Origin: Plasmodiophora brassicae
Lineage: Eukaryota
Direction: 5' to 3'
Length of the DNA stretch: 64,000 nucleotides
Assembly (NCBI GenBank): GCA_036867785.1
Contig: CP145409.1
Location: 1,612,001-1,676,000 of the forward strand
This document shows positions 1-11,909 of the stretch, piece after piece (positions within the stretch are counted from its first letter, which is position 1; the number at the start of each line of letters is the position of its first letter). Position numbers and translations under genes: made by a program. The notes under the pieces are model-generated. The model searched no databases and was not told the DNA's origin. It saw nothing but the letters and a program-made list of their open reading frames with translations.

Positions 1-176
1 TACCAAGTGACCGTCGCTGGTATTGCCATCCGAGATCGTAGAAGCCATAACAAGCTTCTCAGGTGTAAAGAAAAACGGGGTCTGTTGCGTTTGGGCGAAA
101 TCACGGAGCGACGCGGAGTCCGCACGCCGCACGGTGTCCGCAGCAAACACACGCGCTGCCGGGCCACCGGAATTCC

Positions 177-2152
177 ATGGCGGCTTCTCCGGGTGACGCC
201 GCGTTAGATCGCCTTCTGCAACGCGTCCAGGAATCCGTGCCGGAAGTGCACGCGTGCAGCGATCTGGAGGATGACGCCGACTGTGCCGCCTCCGCGCAGA
301 TCACAGACGAGCAGGTCGCGGCGTTTGAGGAAACTCTGGACGCGTTGCTCCAGGTTAACCTGCGTTCCAAACGGTTTCGTGGGGTTCGCTCCCGCATCCA
401 CAAGCTGTACGCTGCTGTCACCGCCGGAAAGCTGGAACATGAGCGACGCAACCTGTTGGAGTGTCGCAGGCGTCAACTGAAAAAGCTGGACGTTGAGTAC
501 AGCGCCAAGCGCCGCATTCGTGCGCAACGTTTCCAGGCGCTCAGCCAGCTCGAGAATGCCTCTCGTCGGCTCATATGTGCTGCGTCAGACGGCACTAGTA
601 ATAATGTTTCGGTTGAAACCGACGATGCCGGAACCATTGCTGACGAAGAAGAGCGTCCGTTGTTTCACCATCGCGGTTGGTCACGCTGCTCATCAGTCGA
701 TTCGCTTTTAATCGTCCATAGGCTGCTACATCTGCAAGCGACGGTTCGTGGACCTGCATCACTTCTACGACCAGCTGTGTCCTTCTTGCGCGGCCCTGAA
801 CTGGTCCAAGCGGATGGCACGGACCGATCTGTCGGGCAAAGTCTTCCTGGTCACCGGTGCACGTATCAAGATCGGGTTCGAATGTTGCAAGCGCCTTTTG
901 GAGTGTGGCGCCACTGTCTTGGCAACTACCCGGTTCCCGATGGACTGTGCCAAGCGTTTCTCCTCTCTGCCTGAATTCGATGACTACCAGTCTCGTTTGC
1001 ACAGTAAGCTTGAGATCGTGTTGACGTGATGTCGTTGTTTCGGGTCTGACTGGCGGGATATAGTCTATGGGATCGATCTTCGTGATCTGAATGCCACCAT
1101 CCGCCTGACAGAGCGGATAAAAGGTGAATATTCGCGACTTGATGGTATAGTTAACAATGCTGCTCAGACCGTCAGGCGCCCTCCTGCGTTCTATCGGGTA
1201 GGAACATCGGGACGTGGCTGACGTATCTGGAATACTGTTATTAACCCGACTCGAGCAGCATATGATGGCGACCGAGTCTGACCCGAGGACGTTCCTCAGC
1301 GAAGCGGCAATGTCAACCGTACGAGGCGATGATACGCTGCGCATTGCTGGCGCTCCACAAGATGGTGGATTTCGTCCATCGACTCCCATGTCTGCCGTAC
1401 TGTCCCAGGTGGCTCTACTGGACGATGACCTGTCACTGGACCAGTACTTCCCACAACATCAATTTGACGTCAACAACCAGCAGCTGGATTTGAGGTCAGC
1501 TGGTCGTCCACTGCGTAATGCATGCTGGGATGCTGACATGTAAAATGCAGGCCGAAGAACTCGTGGACGCTACTATGCCACGAGGTTAGTCCCGTCGAGG
1601 TCAGTCGATTCGCGTTGAGAGTCGCGTGTCTCGTTCTAACGAGCACGACGCAGCTGGTCGAAGTGTTTGCCGTCAATGTCCTATCCCCGTTCATCCTGAA
1701 CTCGCGCTTGAAACCGTTGCTTCTGCAGAAGGACCGTCCAGACGACATGAAGTTCATTGTCAATGTGTCCGCCATGGAAGGGAAATTCTACAGATTCAAA
1801 GGTCGGTGCTCCGTCGGCTGTAATCGTAGGGAGCAACGGTGTTAAGCGCTCGTGCACAGGGCCTGAGCATGTGCACACGAACATGGCGAAGGCCGCACTG
1901 AACATGCTGACGAGGACGAGCGCGATCGATTTCGCTCGCGACCGCATCTACATGAACAGCGTCGACACGGGCTGGATCAACGACGAGAACCCGTTCGAGA
2001 AGTGTGTTGCCAACGCCGAGCGCAACTGGGCGACCCCGATCGACGAGGTGGACGCCATGGCCCGCGTCCTCGACCCCATCATCAACGGTTTCGCCAACGG
2101 CGTTGTTCCATTCGGCAAGTTCTTCAAGGACTTCAACGAGACCGAATGGTGA
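177..2152 (+). CDS. Short-chain dehydrogenase/reductase with N-terminal coiled-coil and Cys-rich (zinc-ribbon-like) extension; multi-exon
   Basis: Exon pieces give CYICK..F..LHHFYDQLCPSC, LVTGARIKIG (Rossmann), NNAAQT, IVNVSAMEG, HTNMAKAALNM, MNSVDTGWI; separated by short GT-AG introns. Confidence 0.85.
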
Positions 2153-2467
2153 ACAACGGATCCACTGTATCCCAATACATCTCTCCCCCCGGTGCTGCAG
2201 GACTCTGCCACCGCAGAAACGTTCCCGCAACAAATCGCCCCCTGTATGTATTGACCTGGCGCATGCATCTGCAGCGCGCCGCACTTTGCCGTCGGTGCGG
2301 GCGACGCGGCACGACTGCAGCATCCGGAATGTTCCGCTGCTGGGTGAGCGGTGTCCGGTGACCCGCCACAACGCTGCAACTGCAACAGTGGCGGCGCGGG
2401 GCGGACTGCGCGCAGCGCCCCACGCACGGCCTCCCGTCATTTGCCAAACTGCAGCTGCTGCGTGGCG

Positions 2468-5268
2468 ATGCAGCTCCTGTCCAGACTCGCGCGTCGTCTG
2501 CCGGCCGTCGCTGCCCGCGCCTACCCCCCGACTGGGCGACTGCCCCTGACGGTCGCCTATCGGCCGCTGTCCACGACGGGTACGCACCTGCCGTTGCTGA
2601 CGTCGGTGCTTCGCAGTCCTCCTCCTAATCAGCTCGTACTGCCGACGCAGGTGCTGAGAAAGCCGCCGCCGAAGGCGAAGTTATTGATGCCGCGCCGGAA
2701 CCACCGGCACCCGAACCCGTCGTGAAGGGAACCACGGAAACCCTGTCGTTCCAAGCGGAGACCCGGCAGCTTTTGGATATCGTTGCGAACTCGCTGTACA
2801 CTGACAAGGTTTGCATGTGTCCCCGTCTGTTCGTGGCGTCACGTAACGCGGCGTTCGCAGGAAGTGTTCCTTCGTGAGCTTGTATCGAACGCGAGCGATG
2901 CCTTGGAGAAGCTTCGTCTGACAAGGCTGACGGCGGGTGGCGAATCGGAATTCGACCGACCGCTGGAGATCATGATCACGGGCGATGAGGTCAAAGGCAC
3001 GTTGACGGTCACCGACACGGGTATCGGGATGACGCGCGAGGAGTTGGTTGCAAACCTGGGAACGATCGCCCGATCCGGGTCGAAAGAGTTCCTGGGACGC
3101 CTTCAGGGAGGCGATGCCGATGCGGCGACCTCTGCAACGTCCATCATTGGACAGTTTGGTGTTGGATTCTACGCCGCGTTCATGGTCGCCGACAAGGTCA
3201 CTGCTGCCGTCACCCACCGCTGGATGGTGACACAACGTACTGATGTCCTGAACAGGTTGAAGTTTTCACGCGACCGGCCACGGCTGGCGATTCAGCACCG
3301 GCTTACTACTGGACGTCCGACGGCATGGGATCCTATCAGCTGGGCGAGGCCGAGGGCGTTCCCGTCGGCACGAAAATCGTTCTGCATCTGCGAACGGACT
3401 GTAGGCGGTTCGCCAAGGATTCGGAACTGACGCGCATCGTTGAGAAGCACAGCAGCAACGTCGGGTTCCCCATCTTCGTCAACGACAAGAAACAGACGTC
3501 GCTGGGTGCCCTGTGGCTCCGATCCAAATCGGATATCAAGCCTGAAGAGTACACCGAGTTCTTCAAGCAACTCACCCATGTCGGTTCGGTATTCACAGTT
3601 CCGCAGTGGTTGTTCTGACCTCGGAGGCTCAGGGATACGAGGACCCGATGGACACCCTGCACTTTGCGACTGACGTGCCCATCTCCCTGAACGCACTGCT
3701 CTTCATCCCCAAGCGTCATAGTGAGAAATTCGGTACTGTCGTTCGACGTTCCTCCGTGGGTCGTCCTCTGAGTTTGTTTCGCGACAGGTATGGGCAAGGA
3801 GAAGCCTGGCGTGAACCTGTACAGCCGTAAGGTCATGATTCAGCCGAACTCGTCGAACCTACTGCCGGAATGGCTTCGGTTCGTCTCGTCGATGCGGCGT
3901 CCTAGAACGGGGCTAACGAATACCACAGTTTCGTCAAGGGTGCTGTCGACAGTGCCGACATCCCGTTAAACATCTCCCGTGAGTCGATGCAGAACTCGGC
4001 GCTGGTCCGCCGAATCAACAACGTCCTCGCCAAGCGCCTTCTCCGTCATCTCGAGGACATGGCCAAGAACGAGCCGAAGAAGTTCGACGACTTCATCAAC
4101 GAGGTGCGTCCACCCGCTTGCTGCGTCCTTGTTTCGCGCACCTGACTGGACGGGCGTTCAGTATGGCCAATTCCTGAAGGAGGGCGTCTGCACGGATGAC
4201 ACGAACAAGGCTCGCATCGCGGGCCTGCTTCGGTTCTCATCGTCGGTCGGCGGAAACGCATCCCTCGACGAGTACGTGGCGAGGATGCCGGCCGACCAGA
4301 AGGCCATCTACTACTTCTGCATCCCGTCCCGGGAGCTGGCCGAGACGTCGCCGTACTACGAACCGTTCAAGGCCGCCGGCACCGAAGTCCTGTTCCTGTT
4401 CCGCGAGGTGGACGACTTTGTCATGCAGAACCTGAAGAGCCACCAGGGTCGTAGTCTGGTCTCCATCGAGAGCGCCCAGGCGCGCGCCGAGCCTCCCACG
4501 CCCAAGACGGACGCCAGCAAGCCCGAAGACAACCGTCCCGACGACAACATCGAAGCGTCGATGCGCGTGTCGATGCCGACGTTCTTCAACAACGTCCTCG
4601 GGCAGCGTGTCACCAGCGTCGCGGTCACCGATCGCCTCGTCAGTTCGCCTGCCATCATTGTCGACCACGAGAACGCGGCCGTGCGACGCATGATGAAGAT
4701 GGTGGACGGCGGCAAGTCGATGACGGACGCGCTGGCGAAGCAGAAGCTGGAGATCAACATCCGCCACCCGATCATGCGCGGCATCTTCGCCCTGCGGGAC
4801 ACGAACGAGAAGGCCGCCGCTGACCTCGTCGAGCAGGTCTTTGACAACGCGCTCGTCGCCGCTGGCCTGATGGATGACCCGCGCTGCATGCTGCAACGTA
4901 TCAACCGCATCATGCTGAACGCTGTCGGCGACGCTGCCAGCAAGCTGGACGCGTCACGAATGATCCCGCCGACGTCGCCGCCGGCGGATCCCGCTCAGGA
5001 GCAGGAGCCGGGCGCTGAGGCGCACAAGATGGAGGACTGGACGCTGTCGGCGGGTCCGGACGACGACGGCGACGACGTGTTCACTGACACGTCCCTGGAC
5101 CAGGCAGCGGGCGAACGCGTGCCCGGGTCGGCGCATGTCCAGCCGGACGAGGAGCTGGAGGCCGAGTTCAACAGAGACGATGGCACCGAGACGCCCATCG
5201 ACGAGGACATGATGGCCCGCGTCAACGAAGCCAGGAAGGCGGCGCAGCCGACCCAATCTAAATTCTAA
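2468..5268 (+). CDS. TRAP1: Mitochondrial Hsp90 (TRAP1/Hsp75-like); multi-exon
   Basis: Arg-rich N-terminal presequence [56 protein letters not shown] motifs; no C-terminal MEEVD. Confidence 0.9.
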
Positions 5269-5322
5269 ACCGACCGACCGCTTGACCGTGTATTGTCATA
5301 TTCGACGTGTCGCGCGCGCCCG

Positions 5323-6069
5323 TTATCCCATCGATAGGAACGAGGCCAGCTGGTTGGCCATGGCGCGCGCCAGGACGCCGGCGGCGACCAGGCACGTCAT
5401 TTGCATGCCGATCAGGACGAGGTGCGACACGATTAGGATGAGGAGGTGGCGCTTCAGGTCGTCGGCGAACGGTCCCAGGCAGGGCGGCCATGCTTTGGAC
5501 AATGGCACGGGGCACCCGGCGTTCGGGTCGTCGTGCAGGGCGTTCAGCCCGCAGCACCCGAAGTGCTCCTGGGCCAGCACCTTCGTGCTGGTCGGCGCCG
5601 TCGTCCACGATGACGATACGGCCGTGCCGGCGTCCATCAGCGTCAGGTACTGGACGACGACCAGGTACCCGACGACGATGCTGGTGACGATGACCATGCA
5701 GCCGTGCAGGTAGAACGTGCAGCGGTTCATGCGCGGGGCGACCAGGAACCCGAACACGGCGACGGCTATGGCAACGCCCGTGACGATGATGCTGCGTTTC
5801 GTGATGTCGTACGACGCGACCTCGGGGACGGTCACAAACCGCCATATGCAATAGCCTAGGATGCCAGCGGCGACCACGCCGTTCAGGACGTGGGAGAACG
5901 CCAGAAAGCGCTTGCGCCACAACAGGCTGAGGTCGATCATGGAGCGACGCGTCCAGCTACGGCGCGTGGCGCGCAGGTTGTTCTCGTACTTCTGGTGCCG
6001 GTCGTAGTACGTGCCGTCCTCGTTGTCGGGCAGCGTCACGCTCTCCTTGGCCTTCCCGATGCCCGGCAT
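5323..6069 (-). CDS. Tetraspanin-like membrane protein
   Basis: Four hydrophobic segments and a CCG motif with further Cys in the loop between TM3 and TM4. Confidence 0.75.
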   Translation of the reverse strand: MPGIGKAKESVTLPDNEDGTYYDRHQKYENNLRATRRSWTRRSMIDLSLLWRKRFLAFSHVLNGVVAAGILGYCIWRFVTVPEVASYDITKRSIIVTGVAIAVAVFGFLVAPRMNRCTFYLHGCMVIVTSIVVGYLVVVQYLTLMDAGTAVSSSWTTAPTSTKVLAQEHFGCCGLNALHDDPNAGCPVPLSKAWPPCLGPFADDLKRHLLILIVSHLVLIGMQMTCLVAAGVLARAMANQLASFLSMG

Positions 6070-6450
6070 GGCGACACGATTACGTACGGCCTACCCGACC
6101 GACAGCGCCGGGCCTCGTACGTCGACGCGAACCCGTACAAATCTGACCGCCGATCAATCCCCCCAATTGTACGCCATGGATCGTACTCGGCAGCCCAGGC
6201 AACACGAGCGTCGCGGAATCCGGCACACCGCGACGAAACCGCCTGACGAGCGGCGCGGCCCGTCTCCGGCGAACTGCACCGGCCCAAGTCAGTCCAGCCG
6301 CGCAGAATATCCTGCGGGTGCGGCCGCGCGCCGCTGACGGCGGCTGGGTCGTTAATTAGTGCGCAGACAGCACAGTGCGTTGCGCTCCGTGGGTGTGCGC
6401 CGCGGGTCTGGTCGTCGTCGTCGTCGTCGCTCGTTCGCCGGATCGCCGCC

Positions 6451-7261
6451 ATGAACCTGATATCGTTCCTGGGCGATGTCCTGCACCTCGCCAGTATCTT
6501 TATCCTGCTGGTCAAGATGTTTGCGACGCGGTCGTCGAAGGGCATCTCGAGGAAGACGCAGGTCCTGTACGCCGTCGTGTTCGTCACGCGGTATCTCGAT
6601 CTGGGCCACATGCTCTACAAGGTGTTCGTGCTGTTCAAGTTGCCGTCGCTCGTCATGACGTATTTGTCGCTGATGAAAGTCCTGTACATTGGATCGTCCA
6701 TCTTCATTGTCTACCTCATGTATGTCAAGCCGCCATTCTCCAAGACGTACAACCGGGAACTCGACAAGGTCCGCATGGAGATGCTCATGATCCCGTGCTT
6801 CCTGCTCGCCATGATCTGGAACGAGAAGTTCACAATCGAGGAGGTCCGCTTGTTTCTATTGCGTATGTGTCGTTCGGCGCTGAATCCTGCTCGCCGGTCC
6901 AGGTGCTGTACACGTTCTCGTTATGGGTCGAGGCAGTCGCAATCGTCCCGCAATTGTTCATGGTCCATCAGGTAGCGAGGACATCGGGCGGATTCGTGGA
7001 GAACCTGACGGGACACTACGTGTTCACCCTCGGCGGCTACCGAGCACTGTACCTGCTGAACTGGATCTACCGTCTGCTCACAGAACCTGGCTACTGGCAT
7101 CCTATCGTTTGGATCACCGGCATCATCCAAACCGCCATCTACTGCGACTTCTTCTACTACTACATCACGACGTCAGTCAGGCGTCGTCTGTGCATCGTCG
7201 TGTCATTGCTGACCGGTGCGTCAGGGTTGGCCGGGGTCAGAGTCTCGTCCTTCCTGTCTAA
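6451..7261 (+). CDS. ERD2: ER lumen protein-retaining (KDEL/HDEL) receptor; 3 exons
   Basis: GDVLHLASI, GISRKTQVLY..VF.TRYLDL, EAVAIVPQL, YRALYLLNWIYR, QTAIYCDFFYYY; introns near 6844-6902 and 7172-7225. Confidence 0.93.
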
Positions 7262-7427
7262 CGGTGGTCGGTCACTGCCACAAATATACTACACCTGCCC
7301 ATGCAGTTTAGGATTGTCGTGATCGTATTCGTACCAAGACGCGACAGGTGCAACGGCTGAGAGCAGCGTCAAGTTGGAATGGCATCCACCGCTGACCGTC
7401 TCAGGCTGAACTCGATCACGGTCGGCG

Positions 7428-9526
7428 ATGTCGGCGTCGGTGGCTGACAGCGCCCCTGCTGACGACGGGACGAACACACTGACCTGGGACGACGTCTCCC
7501 CAGGGTGTACGTTTACGGGTGACATCGGGGCCGGGTCCCTGGACGGCGCAGGGACCTACCGATGGGGGCCCTCGAGCGTATACGTTGGCGATGTCGCCGG
7601 CGGCATGCGATCCGGCAATGGCAAGCAGACCCATTCGGTATGGGCTCGCGAGTCAAGGGCCAACGTCGGTTGGTGTGACACCTGATGGCCACAGGACATT
7701 GCCGTCGACGGGGACAGGGTCACCTCGACGTACACAGGAACCTGGTTGGACGGGCGCCGTCATGGCAAGGGGCGATTGACCGTTGGCAACGCCGTCTATG
7801 CCGGCGAATGGGCCCATGGCCGTCGCCATGGGAAAGGACGTCAGAAGTACGGGTCGGGCAACACGTATGACGGCGACTGGGTCGCCGACCTCAAGCACGG
7901 GTACGGCGTGATGACCTGGTCGACCACGAACGAGGTCTACGAAGGCGAATGGCGCAACGACGAGCCGCATGGCGTCGGAACGCACACCTGGTCGAAGATC
8001 TCAGGTTGGAACGACGTTACCGTTTGCCGGGCCGACCGAAACGATCACCCACGTCGTCGTTCAAAGGGGCCGATGCGGTGTCGAAGACGTCGACGGCGGA
8101 CGCCATGCCACATCTGCAGACGTGCAACCAGTACCGCGGCGAGTTCGTCGCCGGCGCCCGTCATGGTCACTCGATGTTCGCCGTCTGTGCACAGCGATCC
8201 TGCCTGAACCGACCGCCTGCTAGGGCAAGGCACGTTCACGTACGCCAACGGCGCCGTGTACACTGGCGAATGGCGGAACAACGCCAAGCACGGCCATGGG
8301 ACACTGATCCTGGACAACGGCCGCGTCATCACTGGCGTATGGGTCGACGACCAGGTCCAGGAGGGGTCGCGTGACCGGGCCCAGGGCGGTGAAGGAGACG
8401 ACGAGGGCGCCGTCACGCCGCCGCCGCCGCCGCCTGGTGGTGCCTATCAGGAGCTCGTCGTCGATTGCAGTGACCTATGCGCACGTCCACAACCGACATC
8501 GCTGTTCTCCCAAACCGAGATGATCACGACGGTCCTGCTTCGGTACCATGGTAACGAGTGGCCAGCACCGGATGGACAGGTGGCGCGGGCGTGAACGGTC
8601 GCGCTGGTGCACAGGGGACCTGCGACGCATCTACTACGAGTACGCCCGGTGGCCGAACCTGGGCCAGCCGGGCCTCCACATGACCCTTCGGCAGTTGTGG
8701 GCCTGGGCCCGCGATTGCGCGATTCGATCGCCGCGCCTGTCCCGCGCCGACATCAGTCGCATCGCAATGCACCGCCGCGTCGATGACCGGTTCCGGCAGG
8801 TGGGCACGGGCCGTTGCGGTCGCAGCGGAGCGGGACACTGACGCGCGGCCGCCATCAGCTCAGCGCCCACGATGGTGGCAATCCGGTGTTCCTCCGCGAG
8901 TTCTACGAGGTCCTCGTCCGGGTGTCCGCACGACTGTTCCCTGCCGAGGCGGACGAATCCCTGGCGCAATCCCTGGAGGCCCTGATCCAAACCGTCGTCC
9001 TGGAGAGGTCCAACCCCTGAACCGTCAACGTCCCCTGCCTCGCGTGACGCGAATGCCGCTTGCAGGTGCAATTCCAGTTCTGCGTTACGGGCGTCAGGCG
9101 GCCACGACGACAAGAACGCTGAATGGCGGACGGCCCTGGTTGCACCCGTGATCCCCGTCCTGAAGACTTGGTTCGACAGACACGTGACGCTGCCTGAGGG
9201 CGAAACTGTGCCGGCGAAGGCCGTCATGCGGGTCGTCAGGTCGCAAGGTGTCCCGGTCGAGCGCATCGTCGATGCTGTTCGCGCCACGTACGGCTGGGGG
9301 CACAACCCCGCCTCGGCCAGCGTCGTTGATATCGTCGCGGACGAGGTTCGTGCCGTTATCCACCACGTACTGTCCCCAGCGGGGAACGTCTGACCGATCG
9401 GCATAGCTCGTCCTGGATGAAACCGTGGAGATTGTCGCACGGTGTGTGCCCGGCGATGTACCGGAGCAGGTGCCGACCTCGGAATTCCTTGCAAGTCTCG
9501 CCAAAGCCTTTCAAGGGAGCTGTTGA
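7428..9526 (+). CDS. MORN-repeat protein, radial spoke head 10 (RSPH10B)-like; multi-exon
   Basis: Many YxGxWxxGxxHGxG MORN repeats followed by a non-repeat domain (LRRIYYEY, FLREFYEVLVRVS); last exon ends ...AFQGSC-TGA at 9526. Confidence 0.75.
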
Positions 9527-9648
9527 TGTGTGTATACAGCCTGCTCCGCTACCACCCGTGTGCCATTGCCTGTTCAACTACGAAGCGTACATTGTCCAGA
9601 TATGGTGATCAGGTTGCCGATCAGCGGATGGCACAACCGGGACGGGCG

Positions 9649-10539
9649 TCAGAGGCGGGCCTTGGGACGCTGGCCACGTTCGCGTTCACGCCATTTGGCG
9701 CAGGCCTCTGGCAGCAGGAACAACGTGATGGCGTTGCCACCGTGCCCCTTGACCCCGTCGAAGTACGAACGTACGCGCTCCAACGATACGCCAGGGACGG
9801 CCAGCTTTCCAGTTTCGAAATCGCGGGCGAGGTCGCCCGCCTTGACCTGACCGATAACGGAGCGCCCGAACCACGACTCCAGCATCTTGATGCGCCCCAG
9901 GATCGCGTCGCTCCAGATCTCGGCGTACACGCCCTTGTACGGCGTCCCAGGGCCACAGACATGCGGGAACACGTACTTCTGCATCAGGAGCGCCTGGCCG
10001 GGTCTCGTCAGCGTGAACCTGCTCTTCATAGCCGGGTGCTTAAGCATCCCACCGGCCAGCGCGAATTCCTGGCTGCCCATGGCGAGCCCTGCAACCAAGG
10101 AGCGGAAGCGCTGGTCCACGACGTCGATCACTGTGCGGATCAGGCGGGCGTCCTCAGCGCATTCAGTGGTCAGGGACGCCCACTCGCCTTCGGGCGCAAC
10201 GTACTCGTCCGATCCCTCCAGTATGGACACGACGATCGCATCGATGCGAGTGCGGGGTGAATCACGGAACCTGAACGCCAGCGTGCTCTTGTAGACAATG
10301 TTGTTGTCGTCGCTCGTCGGGTACACGCCGGACATCATGGTACGAATTTCGCCAACCGTGCAGCGCGTCGCTTGAAAGAACGGGTTCATCTTGTGCAGGG
10401 CGAGGGCGCGCAGGTCCATCATGGTCTCGCGGTTCGCAGACGTCACCTTGATGCGGTCGGGCGGAACGCCCTCGAACATGGCTCCCGACGGGCAGGTCAG
10501 CATAAAGGCAAACAGCACCAGCACCGACGCCGCCACCGT
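9649..10539 (-). CDS. Secreted-type GNAT-like protein, copy A; start codon mutated to ACG (possible pseudogene or non-secreted variant)
   Basis: Intronless ORF nearly identical to 11910-12800; the position equivalent to the paralog ATG (10537-10539) reads ACG. Confidence 0.65.
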   Translation of the reverse strand, partial: TVAASVLVLFAFMLTCPSGAMFEGVPPDRIKVTSANRETMMDLRALALHKMNPFFQATRCTVGEIRTMMSGVYPTSDDNNIVYKSTLAFRFRDSPRTRIDAIVVSILEGSDEYVAPEGEWASLTTECAEDARLIRTVIDVVDQRFRSLVAGLAMGSQEFALAGGMLKHPAMKSRFTLTRPGQALLMQKYVFPHVCGPGTPYKGVYAEIWSDAILGRIKMLESWFGRSVIGQVKAGDLARDFETGKLAVPGVSLERVRSYFDGVKGHGGNAITLFLLPEACAKWRERERGQRPKARL

Positions 10540-10699
10540 TGGACTGTGGTATTTCAGACGCTGACAATGGACATGGCGGCATCCCTATGGCTCTGTATAA
10601 CACACCCGAGGTCCTGAACAATACAACATGTGTATAATACCTGTACATCAGTGGCGTGATCGATGATGTTCTCGACAGAGCGGCTGACAAGCTCCTCGT

Positions 10700-11200
10700 C
10701 CTCCTCGAATACACGATTGTGTGCGCCTTCGTCTGCTGCAGCGCGTTGCAGGTACAGTGACCCTGGTCCACAGGCCGACAGCCTCTGGACCAACGCGTCA
10801 TCGGAACGCGTCATATGTATCAGCAGAAGCCGGTTCGCGACGGATGACGCGAGGGTAGCCGCAATGAGGCCGTGGCGGCTGGGCGCAGGCCGGCGCAAAC
10901 CACAGGCGCACGGCCTGGAGGACAGCGCCCGCCCCACGGGCACCGTGGCCAGTGCTCGGCACTATATATAGTCGCGGGGTGTAACAGCTTCTCGTAAACG
11001 AGGACGCGCTCAGCCGTGTCCAACGGCGCTCGCGCTGGCAAAGTCATGGACGGCTTCCACTCGAACGTCAGACTGGTGGTCTCCGGTCAGACGCCCGTGG
11101 TGTGCATTGAAGTCGCCCGTGACAATGACGAGGTCGTCCGCGGGAGCGTGCGACAGGCCAGTCAGCACGTGTCCGTTTCGTACAGCGACAGCGGGGACGA
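10700..11200 (-). mobile_element. Degenerate non-LTR retrotransposon (LINE) relic
   Basis: Minus-strand frames read DDLVIVTGDFNAHHGRLTGDH (APE endonuclease GDFN motif, about 11075-11140) and ERVLVYEKLLHPATIYSAEHWP (post-RT motif), with stops and frameshifts and no RT core; boundaries approximate. Confidence 0.6.
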
Positions 11201-11461
11201 CTGCGCGCAGTGCCTACCTGCATACATAACTAGAACGACACTCCGGCAATGGACAGCCGATACACACGCCAGATGGCCCAGTAGGGAATCGGTGGCTTAA
11301 CGTCGCCGGACACCCGGACAACCGTGTCTAGTAGAGCGTCGAGTTCTTTGACTGACGCTGGGCAGTCCGAGTCCGCTTCAGAACAGGGGCCGGACACAGC
11401 TCCCATCCGGGGTCGGTAGTACTCGCGCGGCGGCCGAATCCCCCTTCATTCCTTCATACGC

Positions 11462-11790
11462 GTCGGGCAACACGTATGACTGCGACTGGGTCGCCGACCT
11501 CGAGCACGGGTACGGCGTGATGACCTGGTCGACCATGAAGGACGAAGGCGAATGGCGTAACGATCGAAGATCTCAGGTTGGAATGACGTTACCATTTGCC
11601 GTGCCGACCCAAACGATCACCTACGTCGTCGATCAAAGGGGCCGATGCGGTGTCGAAGACGTCGACGGCGGACGCCATGCCACATCTGCAGACGTGCATC
11701 GAGGTCGTCACCCGGTGATGTACAGGAGCAGGTGCCGACCTCGGACTTCCTTGCGAACGGCGCAAAGCCTTTCACGAGAGCCGTTGATGT
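11462..11790 (+). pseudogene. Decayed fragments of the MORN/RSPH10-like gene carried by the duplication
   Basis: 11462-11698 aligns to 7853-8126 with small deletions, then jumps to sequence matching 9449 onward. Confidence 0.85.
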
Positions 11791-11909
11791 GTGTATACAG
11801 CCTGCGCCGCTATCACCAGTGTGTCATTGTCTGTTCAACGACGAAGCGTGTATTGTCCAGATATGGTGATCAGGCTGCCGATCAGCGGATGGCACAACTG
11901 GGACGGGCG

